IMG/VR virus record: IMGVR_UViG_3300031853_000016
Length of the DNA: 64,000 bases
Source of the DNA: an uncultured virus (IMG/VR IMGVR_UViG_3300031853_000016)
Lineage: Duplodnaviria; Heunggongvirae; Uroviricota; Caudoviricetes
Direction: 5' to 3' (one strand)
Shown: in pieces, positions 1-9,898 of the stretch
Numbering within the stretch: the first letter of the stretch is position 1
Layout of the letters: the number at the start of each line of letters is the position of its first letter
Made by a program: the position numbers and the translations under genes
The notes under the pieces: model-generated
Told to the model about the DNA's origin: nothing
Databases searched by the model: none
The model's input: the letters and a program-made list of their open reading frames with translations, nothing else

Positions 1-279
1 CTTATGATTGCCTTTGTCAAAGTGTTCTTTACCGTCTGAACCAAGAGTAATATTATACCCTGTGCCACCTTTTATAACCTCTCCACAGTTTATAGGGTCT
101 TGAACATCAGGTGAATATTGGTTACTAAATATCTTTGACATATAAACTTTGTCATAGTATTCAAAATCAGTTGCCCACCACTCTACGATATCGCCCTGTT
201 GCTTGTGATATGCTGATATTCTCATTAACGCTAAATTCGGAAAATTATGACCATCAACATCTATCAGCCCTATCCTCAT
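1..279 (-). CDS. Radical SAM protein, N-terminal part (runs off window edge)
   Basis: Near-identical to the 5' end of 48058..48975 (MRIGLIDVDGHNFPNLALM). Confidence 0.85.
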   Translation of the reverse strand, partial: MRIGLIDVDGHNFPNLALMRISAYHKQQGDIVEWWATDFEYYDKVYMSKIFSNQYSPDVQDPINCGEVIKGGTGYNITLGSDGKEHFDKGNHK

Positions 280-300
280 TTTTCCAGTGCCTTTATGTCA
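1..300. repeat. Direct repeat copy 1 (matches 48697-48996)
   Basis: Manual alignment: 4 mismatches in 300 bp; window edge truncates this copy. Confidence 0.95.
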
Positions 301-467
301 TTGATCAGCTTGCGGATAATAGCCGCTTCTTCATCGTACTTTTTTAGCTTTGGATTCTCTGACAGTGTGAGGATTTCGGCTATCGTCATACCCTTTTTAT
401 CCTCTATTGATACCTCGCTGATGCCGAGCGCAAGTGCAACGGCAGCTGTGTTATATTTCCTTAACAT
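276..467 (-). CDS. Hypothetical phage protein, paralog of 48972..49172
   Basis: Shared TAAVALALGISE and KLKKYDEEAA motifs. Confidence 0.75.
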   Translation of the reverse strand: MLRKYNTAAVALALGISEVSIEDKKGMTIAEILTLSENPKLKKYDEEAAIIRKLINDIKALEK

Positions 468-787
468 GATATTCTCCTTTTCAAATCATCGAGTTCTCGT
501 TGTAGTTCTGAGATGTACTGTTTCTGTACCTCGATGTCCTTGCGGTACACATCCAGTATTGACCTCACTTCTTTGAATGTTCGCTTTCGCCTTTTCTTAA
601 ATTCACCCTGTCGGAATACTCCGTTTTCCTTTTCGACTTTTGCCGCACAGTCAGAACAGTATTTCTGCCGTATCAGCTTGTAAAATGATTCTGAGTATTC
701 ATCCCCGAGCCGCTTTCCGCAGATGCAACAATGTGCTGTTAACACTCCGTCAACACGGCTAAGAGCAGGGTTTTTGTATTTTGCCAT
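461..787 (-). CDS. Zn-finger/coiled-coil phage protein
   Basis: CxxC...KYCxxC followed by coiled coil; similar layout to 49196..49486. Confidence 0.65.
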   Translation of the reverse strand: MAKYKNPALSRVDGVLTAHCCICGKRLGDEYSESFYKLIRQKYCSDCAAKVEKENGVFRQGEFKKRRKRTFKEVRSILDVYRKDIEVQKQYISELQRELDDLKRRISC

Positions 788-877
788 TCGCTCACTCCCC
801 TCTTTTCGGTTATACTTTTCGTTATCGTTATCGTTTTACCTAAATCTTTGATGGATTTTAAAAAAATAAGCAGGGGA

Positions 878-1252
878 CTACTCCCGAAACGGCAGTTTGA
901 AGATTCTTTTCGTCCGTCCCATGTCCGAGAGCAGACGCTTTTTTTCTTCTTCGCATAGCAGTTTTATCAAGCGTGAATTTGGCTTGATAGGGAATCTGGT
1001 TTCTTTCTCACTGCCGCCTGCAAAATCAGAATATTTACAGTACATAAATATTTCAATATCAGGATTCTTTTCAACCATCTTCGTGAGCGTTTCAAGATCA
1101 TCCACACTGTCATAATCTTTTCGCAGTTCTTCCATTCTGATAATTGCAGGCCGCTCCCTGCTGTATATGATATCAGGGATATTAAATTTCCTTGCAAACC
1201 AGAACGAAAATGCGACTATGCCTATAAGCATTAACGTGCCTTGCGTATCCAT
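878..1252 (-). CDS. Membrane-anchored hypothetical protein
   Basis: N-terminal hydrophobic helix; AAAGGTG RBS before MDTQG. Confidence 0.6.
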   Translation of the reverse strand: MDTQGTLMLIGIVAFSFWFARKFNIPDIIYSRERPAIIRMEELRKDYDSVDDLETLTKMVEKNPDIEIFMYCKYSDFAGGSEKETRFPIKPNSRLIKLLCEEEKKRLLSDMGRTKRIFKLPFRE

Positions 1253-1482
1253 ATTATCACCCTTTTTTGATGATAGAAAAAGCCGTGTCAAGCATCCGAG
1301 TGACGGTCAGATACTTGAACGGCTTTGCCGATGTTATTTTGCGTTCCCGATGCTAAATCCGTCACACTCAACATCGGCTTTTCTATACTCTTATTATACC
1401 ATATCTTTTTGTAAATTACTGCCCAAATGAATCGGCATTTTTGCCGATTGATTGGTGCATTTTAAGGGTTGACAAACATATT

Positions 1483-2364
1483 TCACCATAAGGATAATTG
1501 CTCATTCGCTGTTACTGCTCTTGCATTCTTTTCAGCCTGCTTATAATAGCTGTCTTTAAGTTCGACACCTATTGCTCTGCGACCGTTCTCAAGTGCTGTT
1601 ACAACCTCAGAACCGATACCCATGAAAGGAGTTAACACAACATCATCTGGATTCGTCCAAAGATTCAAAGCTCTGCGTATAACTGTCAGCTGCAAAGGAC
1701 ATATATGCTTTTCATCTTCGTTGTCTCTCGCACTTCTGTATTGCAGAGTATCGGAAGGGTTGATATCTGTCCATATAGGACTTGCGTATCTCTGCCATAT
1801 ATCAACAGGGAACGTTTCGTTTGTATGTGTTATCGGCTCTGGATTATCTCCGGGCTTACGCATTACAACTAAGTAGTCGGGAATTCCCTGTCTGCACATC
1901 GCACTGTCCTTTTTTATCTGCTTGTGCAACAGTCCGAGTGCCTTTGTTCGCTGCATTGCTATAACAGGGTCTTTCCAAATGCAAACTTCTGAATGATAAA
2001 TGAATCCTGCCTGCTGATACATCCTTATCAAATCACCTCTGAAATCGTCTATGCCGATGAATCCGTCACGGCTCTTTGATGTTGGAAGGTTCATGCAGTG
2101 TACAGCCATCAATCTTCCAGGCATAAGCACTCGATATAGTTCCTTTACTATGAATTCAAAGTGTTCATAGAATTCATGCTTATTCTTGCTGTTTCCTAAG
2201 TCTCTCTCACTGTTGCTGTATGTGTACAGACTTGCAAATGGTGGAGAATAAATCTCAAAATGTACACTATCAGAAGGAATCTCTGTCAACACTTCACAGC
2301 TATCACCGTGATACAATGCCATTCTCTCATCAACATACTGATTTTTTACTTTCATCACTTTCAC
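1483..2364 (-). CDS. DNA methyltransferase (N4-cytosine/N6-adenine, beta class)
   Basis: SPPF catalytic motif, HICPLQL, VLTPFMGIGS SAM-binding motif. Confidence 0.9.
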   Translation of the reverse strand: MKVMKVKNQYVDERMALYHGDSCEVLTEIPSDSVHFEIYSPPFASLYTYSNSERDLGNSKNKHEFYEHFEFIVKELYRVLMPGRLMAVHCMNLPTSKSRDGFIGIDDFRGDLIRMYQQAGFIYHSEVCIWKDPVIAMQRTKALGLLHKQIKKDSAMCRQGIPDYLVVMRKPGDNPEPITHTNETFPVDIWQRYASPIWTDINPSDTLQYRSARDNEDEKHICPLQLTVIRRALNLWTNPDDVVLTPFMGIGSEVVTALENGRRAIGVELKDSYYKQAEKNARAVTANEQLSLW

Positions 2365-3754
2365 TCCTTAACCATATCGGCAGACGCATTTCTTCAACTG
2401 CTATATATTTTTCTGATATCCTTATCGTTCCTTTGATTTCGCTTGATAGGATATCTTTTGTGTACTTCACAAGTTGTGCAGTCATATGTTGTGCTTCTGC
2501 TTGTTTTCTTTCGATGTTCTGCTTTACTGATATCTCAGCTTCTGATGTTATGATATATACATCAACAGGCTTTTTCTGTCCGAATCTCCAACATCTTCTG
2601 ACTGCCTGATAATAACTTTCAAAGCTATCAGATAAACCGCAGAATATAACCGTGTTACAGTTCTGCCAATTCATGCCCCATCCTGCTATCTTTGGCTTAC
2701 TGATAAGCCTTTTTACTTTTCCCTGTGAGAAATTGATCATTGATGTTTTTTTGTGTTCGTCACTGTCAGCACCTTTTACTTCGACGCTATCGGGGATTAT
2801 TTCTGATAATAACGCTGATTCATCGTTGAAGTCACACCATATCAGTGACTGTCCGTCTGCCTGTTCTGCGATTTCCTTTGATTTCTCAGCACGTCTTTCA
2901 AGGCTTTCTTTCCTTGCTTCTCTGCGTTCTGATAAACTCTCTGCAATTTCTGCATAGAACATCATCTGTCCATCCTCGTTCTCTGTGTTGCCGCTCTCGA
3001 CCTGTATCTCATGAATGTTCAGCGGTGGAAGCTGATAGTCCTTGCCATCATATCCTAAATCGGCAGGAGAAGTCATGCAGCAAGCCCATGATGCTATCCA
3101 TTCAAAAAACTTATCCTTTGCGTGTCCTTTTAATCTCCATTTTGATGTGTTCTTACCATCGTGTACAAAATACGTTGCAAGCATTTCTGTCTGTGTCATA
3201 ATCCCTAAGAATTCAGCATGATTTCCGATTTCCATAAAGTCATTTGGTGCAGGTGTTGCTGTACAGCATAGCTTATACGGTGTATCTTTGAATTTTTCCG
3301 TTAAGGCGATTCGTGTAGCACCTGTTGAATTCTTCAAAATCGAACTTTCATCAAGAATTATGCCGCCGAATGTACTCTCGTCAAAATGATCTATCATCTC
3401 ATAGTTTGTGATGTTGATTCCTTGCTTGACATCATCCTGAGTACGGCAGATATTTACATCAATTCCGAATTTCATTCCTTCGTTCCTTGTCTGTGCTGCA
3501 ACTGCAAGTGGTGCTAAAATCAGCACATTTTCACCTGTATGCTTGTAAACTTCTTCTGCAAATGATAACTGCTGTAAAGTCTTACCGAGACCGCAGTCCT
3601 CGAATAAGCAGGCTTTTCCCTTTTTCAAAGCCCAGTAAACAATATCTCTCTGCCAGTCAAAGAGATTTTTGTTGTACTGTGATTTATCACTTTCAAATCC
3701 GCTTGACTTTATCTGTGTCAGCTTCGATTTGATGAACTCTTTGTAATCGTTCAT
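2330..3754 (-). CDS. SNF2-like superfamily 2 helicase
   Basis: DCGLGKT Walker A, LDES, TAT, QAVRRCWRFGQ motif VI. Confidence 0.9.
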   Translation of the reverse strand: MNDYKEFIKSKLTQIKSSGFESDKSQYNKNLFDWQRDIVYWALKKGKACLFEDCGLGKTLQQLSFAEEVYKHTGENVLILAPLAVAAQTRNEGMKFGIDVNICRTQDDVKQGINITNYEMIDHFDESTFGGIILDESSILKNSTGATRIALTEKFKDTPYKLCCTATPAPNDFMEIGNHAEFLGIMTQTEMLATYFVHDGKNTSKWRLKGHAKDKFFEWIASWACCMTSPADLGYDGKDYQLPPLNIHEIQVESGNTENEDGQMMFYAEIAESLSERREARKESLERRAEKSKEIAEQADGQSLIWCDFNDESALLSEIIPDSVEVKGADSDEHKKTSMINFSQGKVKRLISKPKIAGWGMNWQNCNTVIFCGLSDSFESYYQAVRRCWRFGQKKPVDVYIITSEAEISVKQNIERKQAEAQHMTAQLVKYTKDILSSEIKGTIRISEKYIAVEEMRLPIWLRSESDESKKSVC

Positions 3755-3875
3755 TTTTTTGTTATCCTTTCTAATTAGCTTTATATTCGCCCTGTAAGCC
3801 CTTGCAAGCGTTCATAGTATAATTACACTACCCACATATCACAAGGGCATTACAGCGCATTGTGGATGCTCTCAG

Positions 3876-4259
3876 CTATATCTCACGTATTCTTATGCCG
3901 TGAATGTATAACATCAGCTTTCGTTTGATGATGTATTCTTTCGTTTTCATGCCTTTTACATCTTCAACAACATGAGTTCCGTCCTTTTCGATGTAATCAA
4001 AGTCAGCGTAATAGCTACACTCCTGTTCTATGACTTTTCCATCTTTCGGCTGTCCTTTCTTTGGACCTCCCTTGTAGACCTCTGAGGATAGTTCACGCTG
4101 AGCAGGGATGAGGATGTATTTCTTCTGGATTTCAAGTTCGCTGATCTCATGTGCCATCTGCAAGAAGTGGAGTTCATTACACCGCCTTGCTTCTTTTCGG
4201 CTGTCATGCTTGTGTCCCTGATTGCAAAGGCATTTCGAGGAATTATATTTGCTGTACAT
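3876..4259 (-). CDS. DUF1064-like PD-(D/E)XK nuclease
   Basis: DSRKEARR, YYADFDY, VVEDVKG motifs. Confidence 0.8.
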   Translation of the reverse strand: MYSKYNSSKCLCNQGHKHDSRKEARRCNELHFLQMAHEISELEIQKKYILIPAQRELSSEVYKGGPKKGQPKDGKVIEQECSYYADFDYIEKDGTHVVEDVKGMKTKEYIIKRKLMLYIHGIRIREI

Positions 4260-4260
4260 G

Positions 4261-4605
4261 TTACCACCTCACCACATTCAGAATTTCGGTATTGCTGATA
4301 TTTGCATCTTTCGGCAGAAATTTATAACCGTCTATCTCACAAGTGTTACCGTTCGGACAGTTCATGCCTTTTGCAACTCCCATTAGTCTGCATACCGTAG
4401 GTCTAACAGGATATATCAGGCACTTTTTAGCTTCGTTGTCTCTGAACGGGCACGTTGATTTATCCTCATGCTTTATCGGGTTGATACCGTGTACTGCGAT
4501 ATAGTTTCTTATCGTGTTTACTTCGGGGATAGATGCAGGAACTATACCGCAACAAGCACCGCAATTCGTACAATTCTTATGCTCTGGAATGTTGAAGATG
4601 CTCAT
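4261..4605 (-). CDS. YkgJ-family cysteine cluster protein
   Basis: CxxCGxCC ... CPF ... CLIYPVRPxxCR. Confidence 0.8.
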   Translation of the reverse strand: MSIFNIPEHKNCTNCGACCGIVPASIPEVNTIRNYIAVHGINPIKHEDKSTCPFRDNEAKKCLIYPVRPTVCRLMGVAKGMNCPNGNTCEIDGYKFLPKDANISNTEILNVVRW

Positions 4606-4817
4606 GTGCTTTCATCTCCTATCAGCTTTAACACATCTGCTTCATGTTCCCATTTCCCATCCGAGAGACAATATATATCAGCATTGGCAAGTAACAAAAG
4701 CCTTTTCGCTTCATCCAAATGCCTTTCAAGCCTTTTCTTATCCGCTGTAAGCTGAGATATCAATGCGATTATCTCAGGCTCGGACATCCATTTGCCGTTT
4801 ATAATCATGTTCATCAC
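4602..4817 (-). CDS. Hypothetical phage protein
   Basis: Translationally coupled ORF; EAKRLL motif shared with 45163..45768. Confidence 0.6.
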   Translation of the reverse strand: MMNMIINGKWMSEPEIIALISQLTADKKRLERHLDEAKRLLLLANADIYCLSDGKWEHEADVLKLIGDEST

Positions 4818-5092
4818 TCCTCGAAAAATGATAGTTGTTTATCTTCACGTTCTTTTGGTTTGTAAATAGCACCGCACATTCCCATATAACCGCATATCTT
4901 CATCAGATTGCCACCGTTCGGGCAGACATAATATCCTATATCATGCTTTACGCTGCTGCCGCAATGATTATAATTATCAAACTCACCTGTTTTTTCGTTG
5001 TAATTCTCATAACAGCGTTTCATCTTTTCGGTGTAGCCTTGTCGGAAGATATTTCCTTTACGGGGATCAAATTCAGCGTATCTGATCTTCAC
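4814..5092 (-). CDS. Hypothetical phage protein
   Basis: Overlapping start/stop in early operon. Confidence 0.55.
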   Translation of the reverse strand: MKIRYAEFDPRKGNIFRQGYTEKMKRCYENYNEKTGEFDNYNHCGSSVKHDIGYYVCPNGGNLMKICGYMGMCGAIYKPKEREDKQLSFFEE

Positions 5093-5307
5093 CTATCATC
5101 CCCCCTCCGTCTATCCCTGTTCGCCTTTGCAATCTTAGATTTGACCGCTCTCACAAAGGTTTCAGTTTCGTTCTCCTTCTTGATTTCTGTTCTTCTTCTT
5201 TCAAGTTCCTGCTTGTATATTGCATAGTCTCCGCACGTTGTATGGCATCCGATACAGCGATCAGTGCAGTTCTTGCAAGGAGACATTATTGTTGTTGAGA
5301 TTATCAT
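5089..5307 (-). CDS. Cys-rich hypothetical phage protein
   Basis: PCKNCTDRCIGCHTTC motif. Confidence 0.6.
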   Translation of the reverse strand: MIISTTIMSPCKNCTDRCIGCHTTCGDYAIYKQELERRRTEIKKENETETFVRAVKSKIAKANRDRRRGDDR

Positions 5308-5319
5308 AGCCTGCTCCTT

Positions 5320-5595
5320 TCATATCCCGAGGATATCAGACACCTTCTGGATAAGCTGTTCATACTGTGCAGGCGGTATATCCGCTTTGCTTATCGCCCT
5401 TTTGATTTCTTCATACTGCTTGTATGGGTTGCTGTTGCTCTCCATGTTTGCTATGATTTCCCATATCTCATGGAAAGCATCTGCACGGCCTTCATAATAT
5501 TTGCAGGGGGATTCTCGTTCTCTTTCACGGTACTCTTTTTCATAGTTCTCTAACACTTCAAGTATCTTGTCTATCACGTTTATCACTCCTTTCAT
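5320..5595 (-). CDS. Hypothetical phage protein
   Basis: Coupled ORF downstream of primase-helicase. Confidence 0.55.
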   Translation of the reverse strand: MKGVINVIDKILEVLENYEKEYRERERESPCKYYEGRADAFHEIWEIIANMESNSNPYKQYEEIKRAISKADIPPAQYEQLIQKVSDILGI

Positions 5596-7466
5596 AACGT
5601 GAATTTCTTTGCGGCTTCATCGAATACCTGCTCAACTTCATCATCAGAGAGGAGATCAACAAATCCACTCAGATCTGTGAACTCTGTTGCAGAAGTCTTT
5701 TTCATGAAGCACTTGCTCACATGGTCGATATCATCCTTCATGCAGGCAATCCGCTTTGTACACGAACTGTATTTGACCAATATTCTTTTCTTGCCTGTCA
5801 GAATCTTACCTGTCAGACGGTTCTTTGTAACTCCGATCACCGACTGGAATAAATCGTTAGTTGCTGTATCATCATTCTTGCTGTATGTTATGACAACATC
5901 AACAAGGTTTGTGATATCACTTGTGCCCGATACACTGTCATTATTCAACTCTGTGCCTTTGCTTTCCTTCTTCGGATGCGCTATCAGCAGAATTGCTATA
6001 TTCAATTCTCTTGCAAGGCTTTTGACCTTTTTCACAAATTCACGCTGAGAATTGAATAATTCATCGGAATCCGAAACATCAATAGCTGTCATGAGATTAT
6101 CAAGAAGAACGAATTTTACATCATACTGCCTTGCAACTCGTTCAATAGTTTTCAGCAGCATTACCTGTTCTTTATCTTCATCACTTGCGGTATATAGTGC
6201 ATCGTTGTCGTAAATGTACGCCCTGCCGTTGTAGTATTCGTCAAGGACCTTAACTGCATTTTCGGCTATTACATAATACGGCTCATCGTACTCGTTATGC
6301 TTTTCTATCACGTTCTCCCTGCCTGCGATCTGTAAGTCAAGCCATGAACGGAAATGATAGTCAGGAAGTTCGCCGGAATAAGCGAAACATGATACATCCT
6401 GTTCAAGTGCCGCCTTGTATATCATACTGCCGAGAGTTGATTTGCCCTCGCCACGTTTGCCTGTCAGCAGTGCGACTTGTCCGTAATATATGCCGCCTAT
6501 CGCTTTATCAAGTTCATATATGCCTGTTCTGATCTTAGGCAGTTCTGAAAGGTTTATGCTCTTAGCATCAGCAACGCTTTTAACCGATGATACTGGTCTG
6601 AGTTCTGCGTTCTCTATCGCTTTCAATACAGCAGCTTTGCCATACTTGCAGAGAATATCGTTTGCATCTTTTTCCCCGAGATAGTCAACCATTCTTGCAA
6701 CTTTGATTTTCTTTTTCGGAAATTTCTTTGTTATATCATCAACCAGAGTTATGTGATTGTTCTCATAGTCTCCGAATACGATGATTTCTTCAAACTGCAT
6801 TACCCAGTTGTAACAATGCTCAACCCATGTGAACCCTCTTGCGCCGTTCGGGACCGATACTGCATTCTTTACACCGCTATCCGCACAAGCCAGGCTGTCA
6901 AGCTGCCCCTCAGTAATAACAAGCTGTGTGAAGTCCTCACATTGTCTCATGCCGAATAATATCGGCTTTGTATCGTGTTCAAACCACTCTTTGCACTTGT
7001 CAACCCCTTTTTTGAAGTCGGTTTTTCTGTACTTTGCCGCTACCATGATGCCGTTTTCATCGTAAAAGGGGAATACAAGTATATTATCCTTGCCGTTCTG
7101 AGTGGTGATCTTGTATTTTTTTGCCGTTGCTTCGGATATCCCTCTCGTTTTGAGGTATTCAACGGCAGGCTCTCGGACTTTGATTTCTCTCTGCGGTAAT
7201 CTGCGGTATCTTTTCGGCTGTGTATCAAGCAAGGGATAATTAAAATCCCTTGCCAGTTCTACGAAATGTCCCTGCTTGCCACAAGATGCCCTCAGACAGC
7301 AGTATGCACCTGTTTCAAGGTTTATGCTGAATGTGTACTGATCTTTCTTATTGCCGCCGCAGTAAGGGCAATACCTGAATTCAAGTTCATTTCCCTTATG
7401 CCGTGTATCGCATCCCATAGCAGAAGCGAACCCGAGAACATCATCGACTTTGTATTCATAGCCCAT
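5592..7466 (-). CDS. Primase-helicase (Zn ribbon, TOPRIM, SF4 helicase; T7 gp4/Twinkle-like)
   Basis: CPYC Zn ribbon, ITEGQLD TOPRIM, GKRGEGKST Walker A, LLDNL, AHP. Confidence 0.9.
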   Translation of the reverse strand: MGYEYKVDDVLGFASAMGCDTRHKGNELEFRYCPYCGGNKKDQYTFSINLETGAYCCLRASCGKQGHFVELARDFNYPLLDTQPKRYRRLPQREIKVREPAVEYLKTRGISEATAKKYKITTQNGKDNILVFPFYDENGIMVAAKYRKTDFKKGVDKCKEWFEHDTKPILFGMRQCEDFTQLVITEGQLDSLACADSGVKNAVSVPNGARGFTWVEHCYNWVMQFEEIIVFGDYENNHITLVDDITKKFPKKKIKVARMVDYLGEKDANDILCKYGKAAVLKAIENAELRPVSSVKSVADAKSINLSELPKIRTGIYELDKAIGGIYYGQVALLTGKRGEGKSTLGSMIYKAALEQDVSCFAYSGELPDYHFRSWLDLQIAGRENVIEKHNEYDEPYYVIAENAVKVLDEYYNGRAYIYDNDALYTASDEDKEQVMLLKTIERVARQYDVKFVLLDNLMTAIDVSDSDELFNSQREFVKKVKSLARELNIAILLIAHPKKESKGTELNNDSVSGTSDITNLVDVVITYSKNDDTATNDLFQSVIGVTKNRLTGKILTGKKRILVKYSSCTKRIACMKDDIDHVSKCFMKKTSATEFTDLSGFVDLLSDDEVEQVFDEAAKKFTL

Positions 7467-7475
7467 TCTATCACC

Positions 7476-8405
7476 TTATTCCGGTTTGATTTCTTTCACC
7501 ATCATGTCGTATCCATCGTATACTCTGACATATCCGTCAGCATAGTATCTTGTTTCACCGCCGTATTCGTTATTTTCTATTTTCAGAATTTTCAGATAAT
7601 CGGGGCGATTTTCGTTGATTTCATCCAATTCGTTGCGGTATTCATCATGCCAGCAACGCTGATTGAACCATGTTGAACCGTGCTTGATATACTGTGTTGG
7701 TGTATTCTCCGCTTTGATCTGCGTGAGGTATCTGTTCAAGCCGTCAAGTATGGATTCTTTTGTCTCTCCGTCCTTCCTTGCCTTGACATATGACTTATAA
7801 GCGTTTGACTTACCCTCTTTTCGGGGATAGAGTTTCCAGATAGAATCGAATTCGGATTCATACGCCGATTCGGAATCGGCATATATATTATCTTTCTCTA
7901 TCTTATCTTCTTCTATTCTTATTCTGTCTGCGTTACATAACGTTACTGTAACACCGTCTGTAACGTTACTTGTAACGTTACAACCACCGTTACAAGCAAT
8001 TTCTTTCTGCTTTTCACGATACTTTGCAACCCTGTCTCTTGTCTGTTTCCTGCTGTTTTCAAGTGCATCAAGTGACTGGTGCTTTTCCCATTTTGGAATA
8101 GTGATTGTATTGTTGATAATCTCAATCATTCCGTATTCTTCAAAGGATTTTAACGCAAGACGGACCGTGTTCAAAGGCCTGCGGAATATCGTTGCAAGCA
8201 TTTCATCTGTGTACGGAATCCTATCATTGAACAAAAACACTCCGCTGTTATTCTGCTTTCCTGCCATACAGAGAAGCTTGAACCATATAACAATAATGCT
8301 ATCTCTGTCAGGCAAGTTTTCTATCATAAGTATCTTTTCATCATCAAAGATATCAGTTACTATCTTTATCCATTTAACTTCTGCCACTTTACCACCTCCG
8401 ATCAA
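7476..8405 (-). CDS. Phage replisome organizer (replication initiator)
   Basis: VKWIKIVTDIFDDEKI N-terminus, WKLYPRK and HGSTWFNQRCW C-terminal domain. Confidence 0.85.
   Translation of the reverse strand: MIGGGKVAEVKWIKIVTDIFDDEKILMIENLPDRDSIIVIWFKLLCMAGKQNNSGVFLFNDRIPYTDEMLATIFRRPLNTVRLALKSFEEYGMIEIINNTITIPKWEKHQSLDALENSRKQTRDRVAKYREKQKEIACNGGCNVTSNVTDGVTVTLCNADRIRIEEDKIEKDNIYADSESAYESEFDSIWKLYPRKEGKSNAYKSYVKARKDGETKESILDGLNRYLTQIKAENTPTQYIKHGSTWFNQRCWHDEYRNELDEINENRPDYLKILKIENNEYGGETRYYADGYVRVYDGYDMMVKEIKPE
7931..7993. repeat. Iteron-like TGTAACGTTAC(A) repeats, probable origin of phage A
   Basis: Clustered GTAAC/GTTAC palindromic units inside the initiator gene. Confidence 0.6.
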
Positions 8406-8419
8406 TGTTTTATTCTGGT

Positions 8420-8881
8420 TTAGAACGGTGTCGGACCGTCTGAGAGGATTTCTTCAAAGTCGCTGAGGTTGCCATACTGTGATGTATCAATTCCCTGCGC
8501 CTGAGCCTGCTGCACAACGTTCTGTGCGGCAGATGGAGCAGGCTGATTCTGGTTGTTGCCCTTATCACCACAGAATTCAACATTATCAATGAGAATGTAT
8601 GAACTGTACATCGTAACATCTGAATGGCTTTTGTGCTGATACTTGTTGGTCTTGAATTTGCCCTCAATAGCGATCATCTTGCCCTTCTGAAACCATTTTG
8701 AGATGAAGTTAGCAGTTTCTCTCCATGCACGGCAGTTGATAAATTCGGCAGGTCTTTCATTACCGTCCTTATCTTTGCCGTTATTGATTGCAACCGAGAA
8801 AGAACACGTTGCAATGCCTGTCTGAGTTGTTCTTAACTCGATATCTGATGATATTCTTCCAATGAGTACGCATTTATTCAT
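8420..8881 (-). CDS. ssb: Single-stranded DNA-binding protein
   Basis: MNKCVLIGR OB fold, acidic C-terminal DGPTPF. Confidence 0.95.
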   Translation of the reverse strand: MNKCVLIGRISSDIELRTTQTGIATCSFSVAINNGKDKDGNERPAEFINCRAWRETANFISKWFQKGKMIAIEGKFKTNKYQHKSHSDVTMYSSYILIDNVEFCGDKGNNQNQPAPSAAQNVVQQAQAQGIDTSQYGNLSDFEEILSDGPTPF

Positions 8882-9009
8882 GGTTTAAATCTCTCCTTTT
8901 AATATAAGCGTTTTAAATGGCATTTTAGCCACTATAATTTTAGGGGTATAAGTTATAGCCTAACAGCTATAAAATTGATTCTGGTGCATTTTGAACGCTC
9001 TCAGAGGTA

Positions 9010-9295
9010 TTACAGATAGTTTGCACCGAATACTTTCATAAAATCTTCTGTTGACCATCCCTGCTCTTTCATTGCTTTGCGCTGTCCGTATTTGTGAAGG
9101 TAATCCATAACCTCACCATTCTGATGCGGGCTGTAAGGCCCATAAATATGGCAGCGACTATGGCAAAGATAAACATACAAACCGTATTTTTCAGATAACT
9201 TTCTGCGGCCACCTCCGAACAGATGATGTTTATCAAGCGGATCTCCACATCCGTTCCTGCGTTCGGCAGAGGAAACATTCTCTTACTTCCTCCAA
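9010..9295 (-). pseudogene. HNH-like Zn-binding nuclease gene with apparent frameshift
   Basis: TTG-start EEVRECFLC in one frame continues as RNGCGDPLDKHHLFGGGRRKLSEKYGLYVYLCHSRCH in another; span is 3n+1. Confidence 0.6.
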
Positions 9296-9898
9296 TCACT
9301 TCACCCCCTCTGTCAAAGCCCTTTCGACACTCCATCCTCGTCTAAGTCGACATATTATGGTGTTCGCTTTAATTCCTGTTATACTTGCCCATTCCGATAT
9401 GTTGTGTTCTTCGCCATTGTAAGAGACTTTGTGATTCCATCTTGTATTATTCGCTTGAACCTTTTGAGTGACCCATCTGCAATTATGTGGGGAATATCCA
9501 GAGTTATTATCTATCCTATCAATTGTTAGCTTGTCACTATATCCGTTATTCATCGCCCAATTGTAAAATATTGTGAAGCTGTCTTTCCATTCTTCACAAA
9601 CGGTAATACCTCTTTCACCGTAATACTTGTAATTTTCATCGAACTGATCGTAGCATCTTCTCTTCATGTGAGTCCATATGCTGTACAGTCTTGTTTCTGA
9701 TAATCCATGAAAATAGCAACCGCAACTTTGTATATCACCTTTTTTCAAATGGTCGCTTGTAACAATAGTTGTATTACCACATTCACATTTACAAAGCCAT
9801 TTTTTGTGATAACCCGACTTTAGTTTCTCGTTTATAGGCTCGATCACTGTTAATTTGCCGTATTTGTTGCCTGTAATATCATGATATTTTCCCATCAT
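9296..9898 (-). CDS. HNH homing-endonuclease-like protein
   Basis: WLCKCECG, SCGC, TIDRIDNNSGYSPHNCRW. Confidence 0.85.
   Translation of the reverse strand: MMGKYHDITGNKYGKLTVIEPINEKLKSGYHKKWLCKCECGNTTIVTSDHLKKGDIQSCGCYFHGLSETRLYSIWTHMKRRCYDQFDENYKYYGERGITVCEEWKDSFTIFYNWAMNNGYSDKLTIDRIDNNSGYSPHNCRWVTQKVQANNTRWNHKVSYNGEEHNISEWASITGIKANTIICRLRRGWSVERALTEGVK

Noticed and set aside
9069..9335. 88-aa ORF in the track
   Set aside because: Off-frame overlap of the frameshifted HNH-like gene; no recognisable motifs
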